Positions 24,678-34,897 of a DNA stretch of 64,000 bases are shown piece by piece (the first letter of the stretch is position 1; each line of letters begins with the position of its first letter). Both the position numbers and the translations under genes were made by a program. The notes below the pieces were generated by a model. That model saw only the letters and a list, made by a program, of their open reading frames with translations. It ran no database searches and was not told the DNA's origin. Where the stretch lies: the NCBI GenBank assembly GCA_030704615.1, contig CM060732.1, positions 72,168,001 through 72,232,000 of the forward strand, given 5' to 3'. This DNA comes from Takakia lepidozioides. Its lineage: Eukaryota > Plantae > Bryophyta.

Positions 24678-27468
24678 ATGTCTAGTGGACGTTCTCGTCC
24701 TTTGTTTCTGGTTTGCTGGATTCTGGCCTGCTGTACGTCCTGGTCAACAAAGAATACCCTGTGGGGGAGTTTCGCCTACATAACATATAGATCACAAGAA
24801 CAAAATGGGCGGGCACGACCACTGGAGTCTTCAAATTCGGTCAAAGAGGTTTTTAACAATGAAAGAAAATAGCCTATTTCCAGTCCTTCTCTGAAACATT
24901 AGACTTGTTTTTTGCATAACCAATTCTCCCACTGAAGTCTCCTACTAGGAGGAGCCTTACTCAATTGTTGTTGACATACTTTTCAATTTGCCAGTCCTGA
25001 AATTTTTTCTCTGAGGCTTTCCTCCATTTTCCCTCTAAGCTCTACAACTTTTCTGGACCAAATTTTCATTTCATTTCATTTTCATACTTCTCATCGTTGG
25101 CCCTGGTTTAAGAGGGAATTTCGCATGTCCATTTCCGTTGTTCAAATTTTAAGCAATTTTTATTTCTCATAGTTTTTATTTGGTGGTTTGACTTTTTATC
25201 CTCTCTCATGTTTTCTTCAGATCCATTTTCTCCCATGAGATCCAGGCGCTTCCCAAAAGTCGTTATATAACGTCATTTTCTTTCCAAATCTCATAGCGTG
25301 TTTTTTTTTTTTTTTTTTTAAATCTAGGATTTAGGATTGACATACTTTTTTTTATAGTACCTTGTTTTTTTTGTTAGCATTACCTCTAACCCTTACCCTT
25401 TTGTACAAATGGCCCATGAACTATTCATACCATAACCATAGCCATAACCATAACCATTATGGTTATTGAAATGTCTTCTCCCTTCACATTTGCGCTAGCT
25501 TTTTCTTTTGTTTTGGATTGACATGCATTTAGGCATGTTACAGTTTGCTTTCTATGTTACATCTTAATACTAGGTCCAGGTTCCAACGACGAGTCTTTCA
25601 TTTAAATACTTGTCCATAATATTAGGTTCTTCATTTTTTTTTTGCTTACTAATACCCTACTAACAACACTAAGTTCTAGCGAAGTCTGGAGTTTTCCATA
25701 AGTGTTTGTCTATTTTGTAACTTAAACAAAAACCCTAAATATTTACCCTTAACCCAATACCCCAGAACCCTTTCCCTTCCCTTTGCAAATGAGAATCAAC
25801 TATCCATACCATAACCATAACCATTTTAGTTATCCAAATCTCTTCAATGTAACCAAATTTCCATTTTGTACCATACTAACACACACTAAGTTGTAGCGAG
25901 TGCGAGTCTTCCGGCATGTATGCTCACCATTTTTGCCTTCAACCCAAATCCTAAACCCTCGTAGAAAACCCTAAGAAAAACCCTACGCCATTGTTACGTC
26001 TAAACCCTTACCCTTCTCTTGCAACTGGGAATGAAGTATCCATATCATAACCATAACTATTTATGGTTATTCAAATCTCTTCGCCCTTCATCTTGCGCAA
26101 GGTTTTGCCTTTGGTTTGGATTGACATGCACTTACATTTTTTATCGAACTTTGCTTTCTATGTAACTTAATACCAGGTTCCAAGGATGAGTCTTTCATTT
26201 AAATACTTGTCCGATGCAATGACTACACTTCCATAATATTAGGTTCTTCATATTTATTTTGCTTAGTACGACCTTACTAACAACACTAAGTTGTAGCGAG
26301 TGCGAGTCTTCCGGCATGTATGCTCACCAGTTCTGCCTTGAACCCAAACCCTAAACCCTTGTCGGGAACCCTAAACAAAACCCTACATCATTGTTACGTC
26401 TAAACCCTTACCTTTCCCCTGCAAATGGGAAATGAAGTATCCATACCATAACCATATGTATCTTAATACCAGGTTCCAAGGACGAATCCTCAATCTAAAT
26501 ACTTCTCCGGCCCAATGACTCTTCCATAATATTTGTTTCTCCATTTTTTTATTTTTTTATTATCCTACTAACACACACCAAGTTCTAGCGACTGTGAGTC
26601 TTCCATATTTGTTTGTCCAATAGTTTTTTAAACCCAAACCGAAAACCTACCTTTACCATCACCCCTAAGCCATTAATCTTACCATAAACCAATAACTTTA
26701 GTGTACTACCCTAGTTACACTCAAAACCTTATTGTATTACCATGTTACATCTTCTCAATGTTTCATGCTCTTTTAATATTTTCTTTTGTTGGATAAGGTA
26801 TGATAGAATGATTACAGGGATATCAAATTCCTCAACCATTTCTTAATTCTACCGAGTGTGAGTCCATCATATTTGTTTGTCTTTTTGTACCCTAAATCCA
26901 AACCCTAAACCATTACCCTTACTGTAAACCCAAACCTTATTACACTTCTCTCTAGTTACACCCCAAACCTTATTGTACTACCCTAGTACCTCTTCCGAAT
27001 GTTTCATGCTATTCTAGTATTTTACTGCCTTGTCAGATCCAAAACATGATTCATTCCAATGGTGTGGTATGTGAACATTGTGCTTCATCATGTCGTATGA
27101 AGATTGTATCATTTGCTCAAGCAATCTGCACCCAAATTACCGAATGGGACAAAATCAACCTCCTGTGTTCTTGAAACCACTCCTTAAAGTATGGCAGAGT
27201 TCTGAAGGTTTTTACAATCAGAGTAACACTCTGCTAATTGATGATACGGCTTTGAAGTGTTTGCTGAACCCTCCTAAATCTTGTCTTCTTCTCAAGTCTT
27301 TTGAGAACATTGACGTCAACGATTTCTTCCTTCTCAAATTTAGATTTCTTGGTTAGCTTCTTGAAATTTGAGAACGTCTCAAGCTTCTTGAAAGCAAGGA
27401 GAATATGATTTCCACCTTTCAAAATTAACGATCCACAGTTCAAGCCTCTTCTTGACTATATTGACTGA
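24678..27468 (+). pseudogene. FCP1/NIF-like HAD-fold domain gene, split by a long repeat-rich intron
   Basis: 3' exon LCFIMSYEDC..PVFLKPLLKVW..YNQSNTLLIDDTALKCLLNP matches the NTLLIDDSPxKxxxNP motif of FCP1-homology proteins. Putative 5' exon RPLFLV-LDSGLL (frameshifted) resembles LLVLDLNGLL. The 5' exon assignment is weaker. Confidence 0.6.
25380..27030. repeat. Degenerate complex tandem repeat (units ~220-400 bp) with telo-box-like AAACCCTA motifs
   Basis: TACTAACA..CTAAGTT.TAGCGA recurs at ~25658, 25874, 26276 and 26566. CCATAACCATAA runs and several AAACCCTA(A) copies are present. Confidence 0.85.
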
Positions 27469-27484
27469 GCACGTGAAGGCTTAC

Positions 27485-28959
27485 CCGTGCCGCATGTGAG
27501 GTCCAGAATCCGCCCTTGGACATCCGAGCACGTCTCCATGAGGGTTTGGATGAAAGCAGGGCTCCGGGTCCGGCTGTACCGCCACGGTTTGCCTGTCTTT
27601 GTGTCCTTCGGGATACTGGAGTGGGGCACATAGTTGTAGAGGACATCGTAGGTAACAGGGTCCATAGCGGCATCAACAAGACGACCGTCGTTGCGGAATT
27701 TGAACGTAGACCCTCTCTTCACAAAGCAATATGCCTCAAACACCAATGTCTGCACATCCAACAAAAGAGGGATCAACTCCGGGATCTTGTTTAGATACAC
27801 CACAATATGAGGTGAATGCAATAGATTGATAACTTACACTTTGGCCCTCTGTTCGCAACCCCTGTGTATTGATGCAGAACCATTTTCTGAGGAGGACCGG
27901 GGTGACATTTTTCGGTGTCCACCTTGCCACCGCATTCTCTGTGGTCTTCCCTCTTGTGGCAAGGACAACCACACATCCACCGTCATCCAGAAGCATCCCC
28001 GCCAGCCCAAACCCGGCTTTCCAGTAGTCCTCAATAAACCTGTTCCAGGTGGGCACACCATCCAGGCCCTCCAGCAGCTCCCCATCTGGAATGTCGAGGA
28101 GAATCATGTCGCAAGCTCTCTCCACCTCAACCCCCCCCCCCGGAGTGCTCTTGCAATCCGTGCTCACAGCCGTGAAGAATTCCATCATGGCTTCAAATCC
28201 AGAGGTGTCTTTAGGCTCTGTACCGGCAGCCCTCTTCTTGGCTTTCCCCTTCTGCTCCGCCAGAGACTTGCTGTGTGCCACCTTCTTCGCCCTGGCAGCG
28301 AGAGCGTCAAGGAAGCTCTCATTGACGCATTGGATGATGGTTGGAGGTTCTAGCTTTGGCCTGTGCGTAAACGTCACCGCCGAATACCGCCGTGTAGGCT
28401 CGCCCTCAAATGCCAACTTCTTGGCAGAGCCAGTCCCACTCCGAACTAACTTGGGAACCCGGACGACCGGTGACTGGGTAGCAGCAACAGCAGTCGCAGG
28501 ACTTTGAACAAAGTCGTCGTCCGAGTCACTCTCTTGGGTCCCCTCCTGCGCCTCCTCCGATGCCCCGATGGTTTTCTGTTTTTTGGGTGTTACTGCACTC
28601 ACCTGTTTCCTTGTCCTTTTCCTTTGGCCTTTACTCTTCTCATTCAATTTCTCCTGAATTCCTGCCTGAGCAAGCTCTGCCACTTTCCTGGAGTTCGCAA
28701 GCGCTTTTGCCTCTTTTGCACCCAACAGAGGCAGCGGAGCCTGCTTTCGTCGGGCCTAGCATCCAGGTTCAATTGAAACTCGGATGGGTCGAGCGAGCCG
28801 GGCGGAAGGTCCACATACCAAGGGCAATCACGTTCCAGATGCCACTCCTTCACAATATCGTCAGTGTACATGGAGTCAGCCCCAGGGTTCCTCCATGCCA
28901 GGAAGAATGGTGGCTCGAAAGACATATGACCTTTCTCCAAAAGGGAGAACTTGCAGTAC
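27485..28959 (-). pseudogene. Beta-class DNA amino-methyltransferase (N4-C/N6-A) homolog, spliced, 5' and 3' incomplete
   Basis: Exons ~28959-27838 (one frameshift near 28750) and 27749-27485 with canonical GT-AG. Motif IV-like CDMILLDIPDG (DIPD at 28084-28095), LLDDGGCVVV, then motif X-I RSPAFIQTLMETCSDVQGRILDLTCGTG, which is beta-class order. Confidence 0.72.
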
Positions 28960-28987
28960 CTGCATTCATGAAAAACACAATGAGGTC

Positions 28988-29551
28988 CCTGAACTGCAAA
29001 TTCGGCACCATTTTCCCAGGTTGGGGCGGATCTGAGTGGGCCTAGAAATGGAAAAATGGCGCTGAATTTCGGTTTTCGGTGACTGCCACCCTAGGGACTT
29101 AGCCATCTTGGGAGCCCTGAACTGGAAATTCGGCGCCATTTTTCCTGGTTTGGCCCGAAGATGGCTAAGTCCCAGAACGGCAATAGGGCCTAGAAATGGA
29201 AAAATGGCGCCGAATTTCGGTTTTCGGTGACTGCCACCCTAGGGACTTAGCCATCTTGGGAGCCCTGAACTGGAAATTCGGCGCCATTTTTCCCGGTTTG
29301 GCCCGAAGATGGTTAAGTCCCAGAATGGCAATAGGGCCTAGAACCGGAAAAATGGCGCCGAATTTCCAGTTCAGGGCCAGCCACCCTAGGGACAGCCATT
29401 TTCGGAGCCTTGACTGGAAATTCGGCGCCATTTTCCCAGGTCCGGCCCGAAAATGGCTATGTCCCAGAACGGCAATAGGGCCCAGAACTGGAAAAATGGC
29501 GCCGAATTTCCAGTTCAGGGCCAGCCACCCTAGGGACTTAGCCATTTTCGG
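28988..29551. repeat. ~145-148 bp tandem array (~4 units) of alternating inverted AAATTCGGCGCCATTTT motifs
   Basis: GGAAATTCGGCGCC at ~29124, 29272 and 29416, alternating with AAAAATGGCGCCGAATTT. A second inverted pair is GGGACTTAGCCAT/ATGGCTAAGTCCC. Confidence 0.92.
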
Positions 29552-32500
29552 CTCTGCTTCTGTTTACTGTTCAAAGATAGTCTTCCTGCCCTGACTTTAA
29601 ATTTAGGTCTGGTGCCAAGAGTAGGATAGACCCTTGAGCGCATCTTCACAATCAATTTTAAATAGTAAATTGTGTCCACAGTAGGACGCGAATATTTACT
29701 TATCATTTACTCGGAAATCACGATATTATATGAGATTCAATCAATAAAATTACTAGCAAGTTGTATCGAGTATGGTAGAGTACGAGTTTGGCCCATGTTC
29801 GATGCGACCCATTTGGAATTTTACTTTATTCGACTTCCAAGTGGATGTTCAATGAATTGTTCAATACTGCTACTTCACATTGAGCACTTCAATGTCAAAT
29901 GGACCTCTTATATGACACATTTTGAAACAAGTATGACATCACCTGAAATTTCACAAAGTTCAATCACACATTACACCATGATATTATTAATATTTCAATT
30001 AATTTTAATACAAATATATATTAAGTTTAGTCCAGATTTAAGCCAAAAGTCCAGAATTAATTAAAATTGTGTTGTGTATTGATTTTTGTCCAAGGAAAAT
30101 GTTCAATTTTTACGTCAGTTTACTGGAACTTTTTTTTCCTCACTCCTCTTGCATGATTGTATGTCTTTTGTGTCTTTAAGGAGATACAGAAGAGTATTGA
30201 AATTTTTCTTTTGTGATTTACATATTATTTCAGGTATATGTCCTTTGGAGCCGGTGTAACAGAGGTAGAAGTGGACATCCTCACAAACAATATGAGAAAG
30301 GCTTGAAATGTTTTGCTCGAATTTCAAAGAATTAGGCATTGTTGTCCCATTATAGTTTCTGAGCAATTGTACTGCCAAAATTGAAAAATTCTCAAAATGC
30401 GTTAGGCACTTTGAATTTGAATTAATTATTGCCTAATGGGCTATAGAGGTACGCTACTCAAATGCAGACACTTGACAACAACACTTGGCTACAACATCAG
30501 ACATCCTTGAGAGACATTAATACACGATAAAATATATATATATATACTTAAAAAAAATACTAGGGATGGCCCGCAAAACACAATTCTAGACAAATATGGA
30601 GTAACATGCAGTACCGCTATGTACACCACTCTGTACCACTATAGATGGGTGGGCTACTCGGATAAATACAATTCTTGAGAAGTTGAGGAGATTCATCTCT
30701 TTGGCAACCACGATGATTATGACCTGGAATTTAATGTCTAGTTGGTAGTTGACTACCACAGACGAACCATGATTTCTCACATATCTTACCACCACATCCA
30801 AATAGACTCTAATATTGCTTATATATATGGAAGAATAAGATTATACAATATATGAAGCATTACGCTTCGTGGCAGATAATCGTGGCTTTGAAAGCAATTC
30901 CACTTGAATAATCTTTTCAAAATTGAATCCCGCCCATCAGCTATACTAAGTTTCCCGTTGGAGACATCTAGATACAATGCTATATCTAGGACTATCTCCA
31001 GAAAACTTATACGTGTAACAATAGAAAAACTTGTGCACTCGCGTGCAAATTCCCCACACCCTTCTTTACCACCACAGAATTATTGCTTACCCATTCATAC
31101 TACTCCAACCCAATCACATGCCCACTTGGATTTATAAGCTAATATTCTAGCTTATGCTAATACAAATATCAAGATCTAAACTTGACACCTGAAACATCTT
31201 GTCCTCACGCTCGTCAAACGTGTGGCTCATCTCTCTCGAGTTGAGTCTGCACGATCGAGCTCGCTCTCTCTTTGGCGTATGCGTGTACCTATGGGATGAG
31301 GATAGGTTGTTCTGAGGTGGATTCCCCATAGCTAAGGTACCGCATTTTTTTTTAATTTTAATTTTTAAAGAAAGAAACTTGGGAGCGACAGCCCACAATT
31401 TAGGCCCAATTCGAGCTTAACTTATTTACAAGTGATTTAGTTTTTATGTAAATATGAATATGAATGTGAGTGTGTCTCTCTTAGTTTAGATTCATTATAG
31501 CAGACTAGTTTGTGTGTATGCAGTTTGTGTACATGCATGCATATGTTGTGTGGGTTGTGTAGCGACGTGTATGTGCACAACACTTAATTTCACATCCCAC
31601 GTATGTTTTATCCAAAGCCCACTGCAGTTTGAGTTTTTTTTTTCTTTACGAATCCCCATAATGCATTGATAAAGCTAGAATGTGAGGCTTACAATGTGGA
31701 TTATCATTCCCTAACCAAGTCACCAAAGAAGAGAACTCAAACATATGCAAACATTTTTCCCTTTAAGAAAAATACAAACTATAAAAAAAATACAATCGTG
31801 AACCGTGTCCACTCTTGAAATGCGCAAGGTACTTTCCTCGAATCCTTTATAAAATCGGAGTAGACTCATACGGCGTCGTTATGGAATATAACGAGCTCTG
31901 TTGCAAATATAATTATGGGCAGAAAAATCTAGTCATATAGAGATCTTGCAACATAATATAAATATACATTGACATATAATTCGTCTTTTGGCCCGTGTAT
32001 AGCATAGTTTTAGACCCTCAATCCCCCTGTTTTGTGGCCAACCCGTCAACGAGGGACACAAATAACAAAGCATGTTGACGGCAAAGAAATGAACTAAGTA
32101 AAAAACTTAGCAGCTTGCATACAAAGCCTCCCTGGAGCCTCCCTCCTCCTGGCCCTACCGCGACCTCTCTCCTCTTGCTGCCCCGCTAGTGCCTATCGTG
32201 ACCTCCCTCCTCCTCCTCCTGCCGCCAGCCTCTACCGCCAACACTTCGTAACATCTGCAGCCTCTGGTACAACGGTGAGTCACTACGTAGGTATAGTATT
32301 GGCAGGACCGGCTCCATCTAGAATGTTCTGCATTCTAGAGCATTCTAGAATTCTCCCCCTATTCAATAGGCACCCATGTGGGGCCCATCCCCTTACCACA
32401 TGCTCTAGAATGCAGCCCGCCACATCTTTTCGGACAGCCTCTACGTGTCCGTTGGGCTTTCGCTGATTTTATTTTTTGAACGATTGGGGCACATATTTCG

Positions 32501-33190
32501 TATGTCTATGTCTATTTCGTATTCTCCTGTCAATCTTAAGAAAACTGGCAGACGAGCTGCCGAGCATAGTTCATGACGAAACCAAACCCGATAGCAAGCT
32601 AATTTTTTGTATAGAATTCAGAGACAATCATCAATCAATATATACATCCGGATTTACAAGTCCATAGTGCATATGGATGTATGCGTCTTGATTGTCAACT
32701 ACCTGCGATCACCGTACGCTACGTTGAGGTCTAGCGGTTCTTCTATACAGGGCTGGTCGTCAAAATACTGTGGACCTCGTTTGTAATCGTCATGGAAGAA
32801 AATCTCCTTGACCACCTCAATGCCGGTTTCCATTGGCATTAGCATCGGACGCCATAGTGCCTCGCACCTGCGCAGGTTCATTCCCTTCTGCAAAAACATA
32901 CCCGATGCATAGAATTTGATTTTAACATTGTTAACAAGCAACCTAATAATGTGTCTGTCAGTTGTTTTCCAGAGCGTTGGAGAAGGTGGTAGATGAACGC
33001 CCTTTCAAAAACATTAGAGGGTGTTAAACACACCTGCTTTTTGAGCTCCGCGCTACCGTATAATGCGTACATTTCGTTGCCCTCTTCCATGTCATGCGCT
33101 GTCACGTTGTGACCGAAAAACTTGAAATGCAGTTGACCAAGATCCTTTAGACAATACCCTAACATATCCTTCCATGTATGTAGCCGGACC

Positions 33191-33818
33191 TGTCACGGAC
33201 ATAGCCCAGAAGAACTTACCAGGAGTAAATACCAGAAGTTATCAAGTTACCATGACTTACCGTGATTTACCATGATCTACCATGATTTACCTTCCAAGTT
33301 ACCGGGAGTTTATCAAATTACCCAGAGTAACTTGGGAAACTACTCATGAAGCTTCATTTTGAGGAAACTTCTCCATCAAGATACCTCATTTGTTTAAGGA
33401 AGCTTCTCCATCAAGAAACCTTTGTTTAATCTTGGAAACTTTTCCAACAAGAAACCTCCATAGGGGAAGCTTCTTGGGGAAACTTCTTAGTAGCCAGTAT
33501 ATATAAGAGGCGAGACTGGACACTTTTCAGTCTCGCCAACACTAGTTCAAGCTACTCTTGTTTCCAGTTCTCAGTACTCCAGTCCAATTCCCAGTACTCT
33601 AGCCTAGTTTCCAGTATATGGTACTCCAGTCCAGTTTTCAGCATTCCAGTATTCAAGTCGTGTTCCAATATCTTGTACTCTTGTTCATTGTTATAAAGAT
33701 CATCTTGATTCTTATTTACTCATCGAGCATACGGCCACGCTGACCTTGACTTCTTGTCTAGTCTTGTACCTCTCATCTGATCTCTTGTTTGTGTTCAGTG
33801 ATGTTCTCGTCCTTGAAA
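33191..33818 (+). repeat. 5' LTR
   Basis: Colinear with 39005-39625 apart from small indels; TATATATAA at 33498. Confidence 0.95.
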
Positions 33819-33856
33819 GTTTGGCGAGACTAAAGTTTGTTTTTTAGTTAATTAAG

Positions 33857-34897
33857 ATGGAAGACACATTTGCGGAAAGGGTCACCACATTGCAGAGTCT
33901 TCAGCTCCAGATGCAAGAACTTCGTACATCTACCACCCAATTGCAAGCTGATCAGTCTCAAGATCTTGGCAACGCTTTCCACAATTTGCAACAACAAATT
34001 TCAAAGTTAAAGGAGTCGAACAATGGATCTTCAACCATACGAGTCTCTACTGCAACAGCTCCTACGGCAACGGTTCCTCTTCAACAGATTACGAGAGAAC
34101 CAAAGATCAGCATGCCCGAGAAATTTGATGGGACGAGATCAAGATTTCACGGTTTTGTTCAACAAGTACGACTGTTCCTACGACTACATCCACACCGCTA
34201 CCCCGATGAAGGTATTCAAGTGGGATTCATGGGCACCATTCTATCAGGCACTGCCCTATCTTGGTTTGCATCGCTATTAGAAAAAAATTCGTATTTACTA
34301 TATAATTTTGAAGCATTCATGTCTGAGTTCACTGCAACGTTTGGAGAGAATGATAGAGAAAGAGTTACAGAAACAAAGATGCAAAATCTTCGACAAGGAG
34401 CACGTCTTGCTTCCGTTTATGCTGCCGAATTTCGACAACTTGCATGCGACCTCGACTGGAATGAGAAGAGCCTTATTAGTCAGTTTCGATGTGGACTAAA
34501 ACATGATGTAAAAGATTTGTTGCTGACAATGCCAAACGTGAGCACACTGAATGAATTCATCACCCAAGTCATTGCATGCGATAATCGTTTGTTCGAAAAA
34601 CATCAAGAGAAGCGATCTGGATGGTCGACGACGCATCATGCCACTGCTACTACGACACCAAACACAACGATCCATCAGACATCCAGTAGTGATCATATGC
34701 AGATTGATGCTGTCCGATTCAAGCCATTGACGCCACAAGAAAAACAAAGACTGCGCTCGAATGGATTATGCCTCTATTGCGGAGAAGAAGATCACATAGC
34801 ATTAAACTGCCCCAACAAGAGAAGATTCAAAGCTCGGGGCACAACTCAAGTGTTCGATACGAGGAGGTCGGAAAACGAAGATGTCCAGTCACAGTAG
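33857..34897 (+). CDS. gag: Gag (Ty3/PEG10-like capsid plus CCHC zinc knuckle)
   Basis: Intact 346-aa ORF: PEKFDGTRSRF, LRQG, YAAEFRQLA, MQID, CLYCGEEDHIALNC. Confidence 0.95.
   Translation: MEDTFAERVTTLQSLQLQMQELRTSTTQLQADQSQDLGNAFHNLQQQISKLKESNNGSSTIRVSTATAPTATVPLQQITREPKISMPEKFDGTRSRFHGFVQQVRLFLRLHPHRYPDEGIQVGFMGTILSGTALSWFASLLEKNSYLLYNFEAFMSEFTATFGENDRERVTETKMQNLRQGARLASVYAAEFRQLACDLDWNEKSLISQFRCGLKHDVKDLLLTMPNVSTLNEFITQVIACDNRLFEKHQEKRSGWSTTHHATATTTPNTTIHQTSSSDHMQIDAVRFKPLTPQEKQRLRSNGLCLYCGEEDHIALNCPNKRRFKARGTTQVFDTRRSENEDVQSQ

Larger units (their letters stand above)
9690..29551. mobile_element. Large decayed cargo-carrying DNA transposon (Sola-like/DUF7869 transposase with MTase-like, ParB-like and FCP1-like cargo); true termini not identified
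   Basis: Transposase at 20376-24589 surrounded by spliced genes that do not look like host genes. A 24-bp palindrome recurs from 10269 to 24693, and 9695-9907 is an inverted copy of the 26.0-26.2 kb repeat. Boundaries are approximate; no TIR or TSD found. Confidence 0.6.

Noticed and set aside
10269-24693. Palindromes as a CRISPR array or bacterial REP/contamination
   Set aside because: Spacing is irregular (0.1-4 kb), and the surrounding genes have GT-AG introns and nested plant TEs.
28988-29594. CRISPR-like appearance and the ORFs 29165-29545 and 29196-29594
   Set aside because: The intervening segments are themselves repeated (no unique spacers) and there are no cas genes. The mirrored ORFs are artefacts of the palindromic array.
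30100-31370. Additional Replitron coding fragment
   Set aside because: Only short similarities (e.g. ATACACGATAAA at ~30519 and 40321); no HUH motif recovered.
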